A DNA stretch of 64,000 nt. Source: Candidatus Omnitrophota bacterium (lineage in GTDB: Bacteria > Omnitrophota > Gorgyraeia > Gygaellales > Profunditerraquicolaceae). Position numbers and translations under genes: made by a program. The DNA lies in the NCBI GenBank assembly GCA_026387405.1, contig JAPLLV010000025.1, forward strand, positions 44,009 through 108,008, read 5' to 3'. The stretch's first letter is position 1, and every line of letters begins with the position of its first letter. Under the pieces are notes generated by a model. That model was not told the origin of the DNA and ran no database searches. It saw only the letters and a program-made list of their open reading frames with translations. Shown piece by piece: positions 52,240 through 62,779 of this stretch.

Positions 52240-53808
52240 ATGCGGGTGCAGGCAAAATTAATCTCCTTATTGCTATTCTTCAGCGCTATATTTATCGCGG
52301 GTAGATACTGGTATCAGGCATTCGAGAATAAAAGAATGTACCTGCTGTTCCAAAGTGATAACAAAGAAAAAACTATCTACTTTGATAAGATCGTCAAGTT
52401 GGAAGGGGTAAACCTGGAAGTGTTTGCCATCGATTATACCTACTGGGATGAGATGGCGGATGCTATCCGTAAAAATGATCTAGAATGGGCTAAGAAAATG
52501 ATGGACGAGACCGTCCTCAAGACTTATAAAGCGGATGCGGTATGGGTATACAATACAAATTTTTCCCTGTTTTATTCCATAAATAGCCAATATGCCTCTG
52601 TGATAAAAGAATCCCCCATCCCCAAAGAAGCTATCAATGAGATATTCTTAAAAAAACGCCTTTGCCATTTTTTTGTAAATACCAGCGCAGGTATAATCGA
52701 AATTCGCGGCGCCACAGTGCATCTTACCTCGGATCCGGAAAGAAAGACCCCTCCGCAGGGTTATTTTTTCGTCGGCCGGCTATGGAAGAGCGGGTATGTC
52801 AGTGAACTAGGGGAGCTGATGGGAGGAGAGATTAAGGTTGGCACAAAAAAAGAAACAATCCCCGGTCTTGAAGCCCTGGCAGCCGCTAATTCCATTATTT
52901 TCTCCAGAGAACTTGCAGACTGGAGAGGGAATCCGATAGCCTATGTTTACGTTACCATACAATCCCAGGAGTTACAAACTTACAAACTTTTTTCCAGAAA
53001 TGCGTCGGCAGTATTTATCGTTTTTCTTGTCTGCGTTATAATTTTTATGGCCTTATTCATTACCACAACAGTAAATATACCCTTAGGAATAATCTCCGGC
53101 GTTTTAAAAAAAGATGATCCCGCCGGCCTGCGCAGTCTGGAAAAAGATACCAGCGAGTTCGGCGATATCTCACGGTTAATACGCAGATTCTTCAAGCAGA
53201 AACAAGAACTGATCCAAGAGATCGCCGAACGTAAGAAGGTAGAGGATGCGCTGAAAGAGAACGAGGCTTATTTCACGGTAATATTAAATTCATTACCGGT
53301 AGGAATGGTGGTCATCGATTCTGAAACACACATTATCGCTGAAGCCAATCCCGCGGCTGCTAGAATGATTGGCGCGGATAAAAGTCAAATAGTAGGGAAG
53401 CTTTGCTATCAATACATCTGTCCGGCAGAGAAAGGAAAATGCCCGGTTAGCGGCTTAGGTCAGAACATCGAAGGTTCCGAGCGCGTGCTGCTGAGGGCTA
53501 ATGGCGACAGGGTACCGATTCTTAAAACTGTGATCTCAGTTACATTGAAAGGCCGTAAATACCTCTTAGAGAGTTTTATGGATATCGCGGACCGTAAAAA
53601 AACAGAGGAACAACAGAAGGTCCTTTTGAAAGATTTAGAGGATATGAATAAGATCATGGTGGGTCGCGAACTCAAGATGATCGAGTTAAAACAGGAGATC
53701 AACAGATTGAGCCGGGAACTGGGAAGACAGTCGCCTTATAATGAAGAGGATAAAGGGGTTGGAGGAGAGAATAAAGACAACAATATCGCTGATTCCGATG
53801 GAGCCTAG
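52240..53808 (+). CDS. membrane sensor protein: periplasmic domain, PAS domain, coiled coil (no kinase domain)
   Basis: Two TM helices flank a roughly 230 aa periplasmic region. PAS (FTVILNSLPVGMVVID…AEANPAAARMIG). Cys motif CYQYICPAEKGKC. C-terminal coiled coil. Confidence 0.6.
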   Translation: MRVQAKLISLLLFFSAIFIAGRYWYQAFENKRMYLLFQSDNKEKTIYFDKIVKLEGVNLEVFAIDYTYWDEMADAIRKNDLEWAKKMMDETVLKTYKADAVWVYNTNFSLFYSINSQYASVIKESPIPKEAINEIFLKKRLCHFFVNTSAGIIEIRGATVHLTSDPERKTPPQGYFFVGRLWKSGYVSELGELMGGEIKVGTKKETIPGLEALAAANSIIFSRELADWRGNPIAYVYVTIQSQELQTYKLFSRNASAVFIVFLVCVIIFMALFITTTVNIPLGIISGVLKKDDPAGLRSLEKDTSEFGDISRLIRRFFKQKQELIQEIAERKKVEDALKENEAYFTVILNSLPVGMVVIDSETHIIAEANPAAARMIGADKSQIVGKLCYQYICPAEKGKCPVSGLGQNIEGSERVLLRANGDRVPILKTVISVTLKGRKYLLESFMDIADRKKTEEQQKVLLKDLEDMNKIMVGRELKMIELKQEINRLSRELGRQSPYNEEDKGVGGENKDNNIADSDGA

Positions 53809-53827
53809 AAAGGTTATTAATTAACAA

Positions 53828-55855
53828 ATGAGCGTCCTTGCGAATTATTATTTCAATTTCTATGCTATCCCCGTAGGCGTTGCCGCCATATCAGTTCTGA
53901 TAATGGGGATAATTGTGTTCTTGCAGAATACAAGATCAGTTATTAACCTGTTCTTCGCGTTAACTTGTTTGAGTGTCTTCTTATGGCTTTCCGGTTTTTC
54001 CATGATTTATTTAAGCAAAGAGTCCCCAGTAGCGTTATCTTGGTTTAGGTATTATTCCCTGATCGGCATAGTTACTATTGCGCCAAATATCTATTTCTTT
54101 GTAAGGGCGCTGGCAAAATCATTAAAGAATCAAAAGCGCTTAGTCATATCCGTTTATTCCCTCGCGCTTATTTCTTATCTGTCAGGATTTAACTCTCATT
54201 TTGCTACCGGTGCAATGTATTTTTGGGGGTGGTATCCCTTATTCGGCCCCTTTTCTTACCCTTTTCTTACCTTCTTTTTAGTATTGATGTTTGTAAGTTT
54301 TCGCGAGCTTTGGTTGTCACAAGGGAAGATGGCGACAAAGATCGAGAATAAAAGAATAAAAATTGTATTTATCGGCGTCCTGGTGGGATACACTGCTGCG
54401 TTGGATTTTCTCCCCGCCCTTCAAATAGGGTTATATCCCTTTGGCTACTTCTATATCTTTGTGTGGATCTCGTTTATGGGCTACGCTGTCTTCAGATATA
54501 AGTTGATGAAACTCACGCCGGCGATTGTTGCCGAACAGGTTATTTCCATTATCCCCAATTTTTTGATTTTGGTTGATAGGGAGGGTAAAATAATCAGGGC
54601 CAACCGCGCCATTGAAGAAGCGCTCGGGTATGATAAAGAAGAGCTGATCAAAAAGCCGGTAGAGGCGATTATTCCGCAAAAGGATACGGTTAAATTATTG
54701 TTTAGTGATTTAGAGAAAAAAGAGACTATTGCTAATTTAGAAACTACTTACCAGTCAAAAGGCGGAAAGGCAATATCGGTTATTTTTTCCGGGGCAGCAA
54801 TACATAATGATGCCGGAGATATCGTGGGGTTCGTAGTTACGGCGCTAGACAACACAGGGCGCAAAAAGGCCGAGGAAGAAAGAGAGAGGTTGATCAAAGA
54901 ACTTAAAGAGCACCAGGAGTTACTTGAGGAGCAGAAGCAAGGGGCAGAGGATTCCGGCAGGGCAGTAAAGAATGTAGCCGAAGATCTTATGGAGTCAAAG
55001 AAGATATTGGAGTATCAAAAAAAGTCTCTCGAAGGTGTTAATAAAGAATTAGACGACTTTACCTATATAGTTTCGCATGATTTAAAAGAACCCTTAAGAA
55101 GCATAGACGCCTACTCAAAATTCATAGCAGATGATTACAAGGATAAATTAGGCGAAGAGGGGAGGCATTATCTGGAACGGGTAAGAGCAAATACAGAAAG
55201 GATGAAAAGGCTTATTGAAGACCTCCTTGAGATATCCAGGCTCAAAAAGAGAGGGAGCACCATTGTAGAGGTCGCAACAGAGGATATCATAGGCGAAGTA
55301 GAGATGAGGCTTGAATACGCTATAAAGCAAAAGGCCGTAGAGATCATAATAAAAGATAAGCTTCCAAGGATGTTTTGCGACCGGGTTAGATTAACCGAGG
55401 CCTTTTTGAATCTGGTCTCCAACGCCATTAAGTTTAATGATAAACAAAAACCCGTAATAGAAATCGGATGCAGTGAAAAAGGGGATTTTTATGAATTTTA
55501 CGTAAGGGATAACGGCATTGGTATACAAGAGGAATATTTTGACAAGATATTTGAGATATTCCAGAGGTTAGGTAAGAGGGAGGACGCTGAAGGGACCGGC
55601 GCAGGCCTTACCATAGTAAAGAAGATAATCCAGCTGCATAGGGGGAAGATCTGGCTTGAATCTAAAATAGGAGAGGGTTCCACGTTCTATTTTAATATCC
55701 CCAAGGAAAAGAGCGTTATTTTAGGAAATAAATTGATAGGCGAGATACTGGTAGAGAAAAAGCTTGTAACAGAGGATGAGATTAAAAAGGCGTTAGACGA
55801 ACAGGAGAGGACGGGCAGGATAGACAAAGGAGGGCAGGATGGCGGAAGAACATAG
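53828..55855 (+). CDS. sensor histidine kinase with N-terminal 7TM domain, PAS, HisKA and HATPase_c
   Basis: Seven N-terminal helices; H-box FTYIVSHDLKEPLRSI; N/G boxes VRDNGIGI…GTGAGLTIVKKI. Confidence 0.8.
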   Translation: MSVLANYYFNFYAIPVGVAAISVLIMGIIVFLQNTRSVINLFFALTCLSVFLWLSGFSMIYLSKESPVALSWFRYYSLIGIVTIAPNIYFFVRALAKSLKNQKRLVISVYSLALISYLSGFNSHFATGAMYFWGWYPLFGPFSYPFLTFFLVLMFVSFRELWLSQGKMATKIENKRIKIVFIGVLVGYTAALDFLPALQIGLYPFGYFYIFVWISFMGYAVFRYKLMKLTPAIVAEQVISIIPNFLILVDREGKIIRANRAIEEALGYDKEELIKKPVEAIIPQKDTVKLLFSDLEKKETIANLETTYQSKGGKAISVIFSGAAIHNDAGDIVGFVVTALDNTGRKKAEEERERLIKELKEHQELLEEQKQGAEDSGRAVKNVAEDLMESKKILEYQKKSLEGVNKELDDFTYIVSHDLKEPLRSIDAYSKFIADDYKDKLGEEGRHYLERVRANTERMKRLIEDLLEISRLKKRGSTIVEVATEDIIGEVEMRLEYAIKQKAVEIIIKDKLPRMFCDRVRLTEAFLNLVSNAIKFNDKQKPVIEIGCSEKGDFYEFYVRDNGIGIQEEYFDKIFEIFQRLGKREDAEGTGAGLTIVKKIIQLHRGKIWLESKIGEGSTFYFNIPKEKSVILGNKLIGEILVEKKLVTEDEIKKALDEQERTGRIDKGGQDGGRT

Positions 55856-56315
55856 GATCATAAAAATACTTTTGGTAGAAGATAACCCCGATGATATTGA
55901 TATAACAGAAAGGGCGCTTAAAGAAGCAAAGGTAGTTAATAAGCTCTGGATTGTAAGAGACGGGCAGGAGGCGCTGGATTTTTTGCAGCATAAAGGACAG
56001 TACCTTGACCATTCTGCCAGCGCAAAGCCCGGCTTGATACTCTTAGACATAAATCTCCCAAAGCTTAACGGGATAGATGTCCTTAAGGCCATAAAAGAAG
56101 ACGCTGATTTAAAGAGGATACCCATTGTGATGCTTACTGTTTCCAAGAGAGATGAGGATATAATCAAGAGTTATAGCTACGGCTGCAATAGTTTCATCCA
56201 GAAGCCGGTTAACTTTGAGAGATTTGTAGAGGTAGTTAAGGAGATAAGTCTGTACTGGGGGTTGTTGAATATCTATCCGCCTAATGGTCAGGAAGCGCAA
56301 GACAGCATCCGCTAA
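55839..56315 (+). CDS. stand-alone response-regulator receiver (CheY-like)
   Basis: ILLVEDNPDDIDI…LDINLPKLNG…MLTVS. Confidence 0.8.
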   Translation: MAEEHRIIKILLVEDNPDDIDITERALKEAKVVNKLWIVRDGQEALDFLQHKGQYLDHSASAKPGLILLDINLPKLNGIDVLKAIKEDADLKRIPIVMLTVSKRDEDIIKSYSYGCNSFIQKPVNFERFVEVVKEISLYWGLLNIYPPNGQEAQDSIR

Positions 56316-56324
56316 TTATTTTTT

Positions 56325-57542
56325 ATGCCTATAAGAATTTTGCTGATAGAGGATAACCAGGATCACGCAGAGATTACAAAGAGGATCCTGCAAAAATCAG
56401 ACGCAGGCTATCAGGTGGATTCTGCCATGGATGCGCAAGAGGGTTTGAAAAAAATATTTGAAAATCCTTACGATGCAGTGCTCTGTGACTATCGCCTTCC
56501 GGGTTTAACGGCGCTTGATATATTAAAAGAGATGAATAATAAAAAAAAGGACACCCCTTTTGTTGTAGTTACCGCTCTGGGAAACGAAAAGGTTGCGGTG
56601 GACATAATGAAGGAAGGCGCGTATGATTATATAGTCAAAGACGTTTTGTATAACGATACATTGGATATAGTTATTAAAAAGGTCATCGATAGATACAAAG
56701 CAAAGAAAGAAAAAGAGGGGCTGGAAGAAGAGATAAGAAAGGCATATGTGGAACTAAGAGAAACACAGGATCAACTTATCCAGTCTGAGAAATTAAGCGC
56801 TATAGGTCAGTTAGCCAGCGGAGTGGCGCATGAAGTAAGGAACCCTTTAGCGATAATAATGCAAGGGCTCAATTATCTGGAAGATAAGATACCCGCCACA
56901 GAAAGGGAAGCCTCTGAAATCTTGATCATGCTTAAAGATAACATAAAAAGAGCGGATAAGATCATAAACACTCTTCTTGATTTTTCCAGAGCTGGAAGTT
57001 TGAATTTACAGCCGGAAGATATAAACTCTATTTTGGAAATTTCTTTAAATTTGGTAAGGGCCAGACTTAAATTCGAGAATATCGATGTTATATTAGAGAC
57101 AAAAGAAGATATACCCTTTGTTTTGGGAGATAAGAACAAATTAGAACAGGTGTTCATTAATATATTTTTGAATGCGGTCCAGGCTATGCCCAAAGGCGGC
57201 AGGATTATTATCCGCAGTTTTGATAAAAAATTAGAAGAAATAAAAAACGGCATAGGTAAAAGAGCGGATGATCATTTTCAGGTTGGAGAAAAGACTGTAA
57301 TAGTTGAAATTGAAGACACGGGCATCGGTATTACTGAAAAAAACCTGAAGAGAATCTTTGATCCATTCTTTACTACTAAAACCACAATGGGTGGTGCCGG
57401 TTTAGGATTATCTGTGGGTAGAAATATAATCCATATGCATAAAGGCCTGATATTCGCAGAAAGCAAACCCGGGGAGGGGACTAAAATAACCATCCTTTTA
57501 AAGGTGGCCAAAGGTGATAGAGTGAGCAAGAAAAAGGAATAA
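56325..57542 (+). CDS. hybrid receiver-histidine kinase (REC + HisKA + HATPase_c)
   Basis: REC (ILLIEDNQDHAEI…DYRLPGL); H-box VAHEVRNPLAII; EDTGIGI…GGAGLGLSV. Confidence 0.8.
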   Translation: MPIRILLIEDNQDHAEITKRILQKSDAGYQVDSAMDAQEGLKKIFENPYDAVLCDYRLPGLTALDILKEMNNKKKDTPFVVVTALGNEKVAVDIMKEGAYDYIVKDVLYNDTLDIVIKKVIDRYKAKKEKEGLEEEIRKAYVELRETQDQLIQSEKLSAIGQLASGVAHEVRNPLAIIMQGLNYLEDKIPATEREASEILIMLKDNIKRADKIINTLLDFSRAGSLNLQPEDINSILEISLNLVRARLKFENIDVILETKEDIPFVLGDKNKLEQVFINIFLNAVQAMPKGGRIIIRSFDKKLEEIKNGIGKRADDHFQVGEKTVIVEIEDTGIGITEKNLKRIFDPFFTTKTTMGGAGLGLSVGRNIIHMHKGLIFAESKPGEGTKITILLKVAKGDRVSKKKE

Positions 57543-57572
57543 TGGGCTTATTGTAAAAAATGGAGGGGGGAT

Positions 57573-57959
57573 ATGTGGGAGAAAAAAGGGGGAAAAAAGA
57601 TATTGATCGTTGATGACGAAGAGGATTTCACGAAATTGATAAAATTAAACCTTGAGCGAACCGGAAAGTATGAAGTTAAAACAGAGAACCAGGGCGCATT
57701 CGGCTTTACCACCGCCAAGGCCTTTAAACCGGATTTAATTCTATTGGATATCTTACTGCCGGATGCAGAAGGCAGCGAAGTGGCTTCTCAGCTGAAAGAT
57801 GATGAAGCTACCAGGAATATCCCAATCGTATTTTTAACTGCAATTATAGCTAAACAGGAAGTAAAAGAGAGCGGCGGCGTTATAGGCGGCCATCCTTTTA
57901 TATCTAAACCGGTAGACATAAAGCAGCTTATCGAGGTTATTGACAAAAATATTTCCTGA
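57573..57959 (+). CDS. stand-alone response-regulator receiver
   Basis: ILIVDDEEDFTKLIKLNLE…LDILLPDAEG…FLTA. Confidence 0.8.
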   Translation: MWEKKGGKKILIVDDEEDFTKLIKLNLERTGKYEVKTENQGAFGFTTAKAFKPDLILLDILLPDAEGSEVASQLKDDEATRNIPIVFLTAIIAKQEVKESGGVIGGHPFISKPVDIKQLIEVIDKNIS

Positions 57960-58059
57960 AATTCATAGAAACTATTTCTAGGCAGTTCGAGAAGAATTTC
58001 TGTCTCTTCTTGCCGCCTTAAAAAGGCACAAAATACAACATATTTTTTTCTTTCTCTCC

Positions 58060-59634
58060 CTAAACAAAGAAATCCCTATCTAAGCTCCGGTACTGGATAG
58101 CCTCTGATAGGTGCTCTGTCTTAATGTTTTCACACCCCGCCAGGTCCGCAATCGTCCTTGATACCTTCAGTATCTTATCATACGCCCTTGCGCTGAAATT
58201 AAGCTCAGCCATTGCCATCTTGAGCAATCCGCTTTCCTCCTTGCCTAACTCGCAAAACTTTCTCACCTGTTTGTGGCTCATCTGGGCGTTACACATAATA
58301 CCTTCACCCTTTCCGCCACAAATCGTGGCGGGTCCGCCAAGCATTTTGGCGGAAAATCTTTCCTTTTGAATCGCGTGTGCCTTTTCCACCCTTTCTTTGA
58401 TTTGAGCGGAGCTTTCCGCAGGCAAGGTACTGGTCAATTCCTGGTATCTGGCAGCAGGCACTTCTATGTGTATATCTATCCTGTCAAGCAGCGGCCCGGA
58501 TATTTTTGAGCGGTATCTGGCGATCTGGGTGGTTGAGCAACGGCAGGGGTGTTTATGTTGTCCTTGTGTACCGCAGGGGCAGGGGTTCAGGGCGCAGACA
58601 AGCATGAACGCTGCAGGAAAGGTCAGGGAGCGGTTGATGCGCGATATAGATATACAGCCGTCCTCCAGAGGTTGACGCAGCGCCTCTAAGGCGTTACGGT
58701 GGAACTCCGGGAGCTCATCCAAAAATAATACGCCTTGGTGCGCCAGGCTTATCTCTCCGGGTTTGGGGATCGATCCCCCTCCTACGAGGGCAATGTCTGA
58801 GATCGAGTGATGCGGATTACGAAAAGGCCTTACGCAAACCAGGCCGCTTTTTATCAGGCAGCTTCCTGTTACCGAATGCACCTTGGTAACTTCCAGGATT
58901 TCCTCTAAGGATAGGTCAGGCATAATGGTGGGGATTCTTTTGGCGAGCATAGTTTTTCCGCTCCCGGGCGGCCCGATAATGGCAATATTATGCCTTCCGG
59001 AAACAGCGACCTCCAGCGCCCTCTTTGCCAAATATTGCCCCTTTACTTCTGAAAAATCTACTGCGTAATGCCCGTTTTCCAGGAAAAGCCTGTCTATATC
59101 CGATACCAAAGGAGGGATCGCCGCAGGATTATGCAGGAACTCAACCGTTTCTTTCAGGGTCCTTAAAGGGAAAACGCGCGCCTCCGGAACTATCGCGGCC
59201 TCCCGGGCGCTCTGCTGCGGCAGTATGATATTCTTTAGCCTGGATTTGGACAAGGCAATGGCAATAGGCAGCCCTCCCTGGATTGGCCGCAGAGAGCCAT
59301 TTAAAGACAATTCGCCCAGTATGTAGTATTCCATAAGCTTCTGGCTATCCAATTGGCCGCTTGCGGCGAGTATCCCTAAGGCAATTGCCAGGTCAAAGGC
59401 AGGCCCTTCTTTTTTTATGTCTGAAGGCGCCAGGCTTACCGTGATCCTTTCTCCAGGCCAGTTAAAGCCGGAATTCTTTATTGCGGATTTGACCCGCTCT
59501 TTGCTCTCCCTTATAGCAGTATCTGCCAGCCCCACCAGGGTTACCGCCGGCAGGCCTGAGGAGACATCCACTTCGATTTCAACAGGGTATGCCTCTATGC
59601 CGAACAAGCCGAAACAAAGAGATTTGGCAAGCAT
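58060..59634 (-). CDS. comM: YifB/ComM-family Mg-chelatase-like AAA+ ATPase
   Basis: N-terminal ChlI-like domain ([18 protein letters not shown]), Walker [12 protein letters not shown]-terminal Cys-rich Mg-chelatase C domain. Confidence 0.85.
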   Translation of the reverse strand: MLAKSLCFGLFGIEAYPVEIEVDVSSGLPAVTLVGLADTAIRESKERVKSAIKNSGFNWPGERITVSLAPSDIKKEGPAFDLAIALGILAASGQLDSQKLMEYYILGELSLNGSLRPIQGGLPIAIALSKSRLKNIILPQQSAREAAIVPEARVFPLRTLKETVEFLHNPAAIPPLVSDIDRLFLENGHYAVDFSEVKGQYLAKRALEVAVSGRHNIAIIGPPGSGKTMLAKRIPTIMPDLSLEEILEVTKVHSVTGSCLIKSGLVCVRPFRNPHHSISDIALVGGGSIPKPGEISLAHQGVLFLDELPEFHRNALEALRQPLEDGCISISRINRSLTFPAAFMLVCALNPCPCGTQGQHKHPCRCSTTQIARYRSKISGPLLDRIDIHIEVPAARYQELTSTLPAESSAQIKERVEKAHAIQKERFSAKMLGGPATICGGKGEGIMCNAQMSHKQVRKFCELGKEESGLLKMAMAELNFSARAYDKILKVSRTIADLAGCENIKTEHLSEAIQYRSLDRDFFV

Positions 59635-59838
59635 CTTTTACCTCCTTCGCAGTAGTAGACACCCGATTTTATCGGTTTATCCATCCTTACCTATATAAGA
59701 CGTTAAAAAGTGCCAAATCTAACAGGGATTTTTGTCCCGCCAGGGACTTCCTCCTCTGGCGGGGCTTGCTATCACCCCTGAAAATCCCTTGCTTTTTGTC
59801 TTTGTAATCTATATAATAATAGCCTATAACAGAATCAG

Positions 59839-60465
59839 ATGAAGAACCTTAAGGTAGTTTTAATCGCTTTTTTGGTTGGGATAACGGCAGTCTGTGTCTT
59901 TGAGTATCTGACCCTGCTTAGAGAGAAGATGATGCTGCTGGATAGCTTAAATAAGACCAAGAATGAGCTGGGGCTCCTTCAGCAAGAGAGACTAAACCTT
60001 TTGCAGGGATTAGAGAAAGAGAAAGAGCAGGAGAACCAGCTGGAGGGGCTCAAGGTTTTATATAAGAATAACCTAAGGGCGACAAGAAGAAAAGTTGCCA
60101 AACTCCGCGCAGAGCAGAAACTAAGCGAAGACCTCTCTGGCCATGTTAATATCCTTAAGCTTGAAAATTCTGTGCTGCGCAGGAGGTATGCAAGGTTGAA
60201 TCAGAAGCTGGATCAGTTAGAGCAAAGAAATCAGGATTTTCAGCAGAAGTTTAACTCCTTAAGCGAGCTTAAGAAGGCGATACAGGCCTTGCGGCGTAAG
60301 GAGCGAAAAGTAGAAGAGGGGCGCAAAGTAGAAGAGGTGATGGTACAGGAGTCACCGACCAGAAAAATAATCAAAGGCAATAAGGGGTTTCTGGTTAAAG
60401 ACGGTAAGCCCACCCTTCCGCTTAAGATCAATATCGAAGTAACCCCGGATACTAAATTGCCATGA
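59839..60465 (+). CDS. membrane-anchored coiled-coil protein, unknown function
   Basis: One N-terminal TM helix, then a long heptad-rich Leu/Glu/Lys/Gln region. Confidence 0.4.
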   Translation: MKNLKVVLIAFLVGITAVCVFEYLTLLREKMMLLDSLNKTKNELGLLQQERLNLLQGLEKEKEQENQLEGLKVLYKNNLRATRRKVAKLRAEQKLSEDLSGHVNILKLENSVLRRRYARLNQKLDQLEQRNQDFQQKFNSLSELKKAIQALRRKERKVEEGRKVEEVMVQESPTRKIIKGNKGFLVKDGKPTLPLKINIEVTPDTKLP

Positions 60466-60908
60466 ATGAAATTTTCCCGCAGATTGTGAAGAATAAGATC
60501 TTTATGACTACACTCGCCGCCTGGATAATCGCCCAGATGGTTAAGGTTACCTTAGGGGTAATGCGTGAAAAAAGGTTTGATTTCCGCTGGTTTATAGGAA
60601 CCGGCGGTATGCCTTCCAGCCATGCCGCCGGCGCCTCTTGCCTAGCCACCGCCATCGGGCTTGAATTCGGGTTCGACACGGTGTATTTTGCACTTGCCGC
60701 GGCATTCGCTCTGGTAGTGATGTTCGATGCCCAAGGGGTACGCAGGGCAACCGGAAGGCAGGCCAGGATATTGAATAAGATAACCGAGGATATCTACTGG
60801 CAGGGTAAGATTAAAGAGCACCGCCTGCGCGAACTCGTGGGGCATACTCCGATGGAAGTGATCGTGGGGTTTTTATTAGGCGTAACCATAGCTGTATTGG
60901 CTCAATAA
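60462..60908 (+). CDS. DUF212 / divergent PAP2-family membrane protein (YuiD-like)
   Basis: GMPSSHAAGASCLATAIG…FDAQGVRRATGRQARILN matches the DUF212 signature. Confidence 0.7.
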   Translation: MNEIFPQIVKNKIFMTTLAAWIIAQMVKVTLGVMREKRFDFRWFIGTGGMPSSHAAGASCLATAIGLEFGFDTVYFALAAAFALVVMFDAQGVRRATGRQARILNKITEDIYWQGKIKEHRLRELVGHTPMEVIVGFLLGVTIAVLAQ

Positions 60909-60930
60909 TATTAACAAAAGAGAGGATTTA

Positions 60931-61764
60931 ATGAATAGAAGATTGTTGGTAATCCTGATAATTATGATAGCAGCGGTAATTTCTCTTGCGGTATTCATGG
61001 GAAAGGGCCATAGAAAATCCGCAAAAGTGACTAAATCAACTAATGTAACCGCTCCGGTTTCCAGCTCTGCCGGGGCCCTGTTGGCCCGGGCAAAGGACTT
61101 TGAGGCAAAGGGCAATCTCTGGGAGGCCAAACTCGTTTATCAGCAGTTAATTGCGGCTTATGCAAATTCCCCGGAGGTGATGGATTGGCAAAAGAAGTCC
61201 GAAGAATTGAATATGGGATTGTTGTTTTCTCCCGCGATCACGCCTAAAAGCGTTTCCTACGAGATAAAGCACGGCGATACGCTTACCAAGATCGCCAAAG
61301 AGTTCAAGACTACCACCCAGCTGATCATGAAGAGTAATCATCTTTCCGACGATAAGATCGTTCCCGGGAGAAAGATCAAAGTTTGGAATACTCCTTTTAG
61401 CATACTTGTGGATAAATCCCAGAATATCCTTATGTTAAAGAGTGGAGAAGAGATATTAAAGACTTATATTGTTTCGACGGGTGTAAATAATTCTACGCCG
61501 GTGGGCACATATAAGATTAATAATAAGCTTGTCAATCCTACCTGGTTTAAGGCAGGGGCGGTGGTGGCCCCGGGAAGCGCGGATAACCTCCTGGGTACGC
61601 GCTGGCTGGGATTTGACCTCCCCGGTTATGGTATTCACGGTACCATTGATCCACAGAGCCTAGGCAAGCAGGTCACGCAGGGGTGCGTGCGCATGGCCAA
61701 TAGCGAAGTGGAAGAGTTATATTCTATCGTCCCAACCGGCATTGAAGTAACAATCGTTGATTAA
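60931..61764 (+). CDS. L,D-transpeptidase (YkuD family) with LysM domain
   Basis: Signal anchor; LysM (YEIKHGDTLTKIAKEF); catalytic GIHGT…GCVRM. Confidence 0.8.
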   Translation: MNRRLLVILIIMIAAVISLAVFMGKGHRKSAKVTKSTNVTAPVSSSAGALLARAKDFEAKGNLWEAKLVYQQLIAAYANSPEVMDWQKKSEELNMGLLFSPAITPKSVSYEIKHGDTLTKIAKEFKTTTQLIMKSNHLSDDKIVPGRKIKVWNTPFSILVDKSQNILMLKSGEEILKTYIVSTGVNNSTPVGTYKINNKLVNPTWFKAGAVVAPGSADNLLGTRWLGFDLPGYGIHGTIDPQSLGKQVTQGCVRMANSEVEELYSIVPTGIEVTIVD

Positions 61765-61765
61765 A

Positions 61766-61830
61766 ACTAACGACCAACCCCGCCTGCCCGGTGATACAGG
61801 GGCGGGCAGGGACTAACGACCAACGACTAA
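61766..61830. repeat. about 65 bp GC-rich repeat element, intergenic copy immediately upstream of the accA start
   Basis: CTAACGACCAACCCCGCCTGCCCGGTGATACAGGGGCGGGCAGGGACTAACGACCAACGAC. Homologous to the in-frame mnmE copy. Confidence 0.5.
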
Positions 61831-61831
61831 T

Positions 61832-62779
61832 ATGGCTGGCCTTGATTTTGAAAAACCGATCACCGAACTCGAAAAGAAGATCGAAGAACTAAAAGCTTTT
61901 GTCTCGGACAAAAAGATCGATCTCACTTCCGAAGTGAGGCGTCTTGAGGAGAAGCTGGAGTATTTAAAAAAGGACACTTACGGAAGCCTTACTGCCTGGC
62001 AGAGGGTGCAGCTTGCCCGGCATCCGCAGCGGCCGTACACCCTGGATTACGTAAGTATGTTTTTGACCGATTTTCTGGAGCTGCACGGCGACCGCAGTTT
62101 TGCCGACGACAAGGCCATGATCACGGGTTTAGCCAATTTCGAAGGCCAGAAGGTAGTTGTGATCGGGCACCAGAAGGGCAGGGACACCAAGGAGAATCTC
62201 AAGCGGAACTTCGGTTGTGCGCACCCGGAGGGATACCGTAAGGCCTTAAGGATGATGCAGCTTGCCGAAAAATTCGATCTACCGATTATAGTTTTTATTG
62301 ACACGCCCGGCGCCTATCCGGGCATTGACGCCGAGGAACGCGGCCAGGCCCAGGCCATTGCCTTGAATTTAAGAGAGATGTCCAGCATTGCCGTCCCCAT
62401 TGTGGCTACGGTCATCGGCGAGGGGGGCTCAGGCGGGGCCTTAGGGATAGGCGTGGCAGATAGGGTCTGTGTGCTGGAAAATGCCTATTATTCTGTGATT
62501 TCTCCCGAGGGGTGCGCGGCGATCCTTTGGAAAAGCGGGGCCAAGGCGCCTCAGGCTGCCGAGGTCTTGAAATTAACCGCCCAGGACCTATCGGCTATGG
62601 GCATCATCGATGAGGTGGTCCCGGAACCTTTAGGCGGGGCGCACCGCGACCCGCAAAGGATGGGAGAGACCCTCAAAGGAGTTATCAAGAAACATCTGGG
62701 TGAGTTAAAGCATTATGATAAAGAAAAGCTTTTGGGCTTACGTTACCAGAAGTACAGAGGCATAGGGAAATTGGCATGA
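61832..62779 (+). CDS. accA: acetyl-CoA carboxylase carboxyltransferase alpha subunit
   Basis: [20 protein letters not shown]…[11 protein letters not shown]…[10 protein letters not shown]…GEGGSGGAL. Confidence 0.9.
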   Translation: MAGLDFEKPITELEKKIEELKAFVSDKKIDLTSEVRRLEEKLEYLKKDTYGSLTAWQRVQLARHPQRPYTLDYVSMFLTDFLELHGDRSFADDKAMITGLANFEGQKVVVIGHQKGRDTKENLKRNFGCAHPEGYRKALRMMQLAEKFDLPIIVFIDTPGAYPGIDAEERGQAQAIALNLREMSSIAVPIVATVIGEGGSGGALGIGVADRVCVLENAYYSVISPEGCAAILWKSGAKAPQAAEVLKLTAQDLSAMGIIDEVVPEPLGGAHRDPQRMGETLKGVIKKHLGELKHYDKEKLLGLRYQKYRGIGKLA

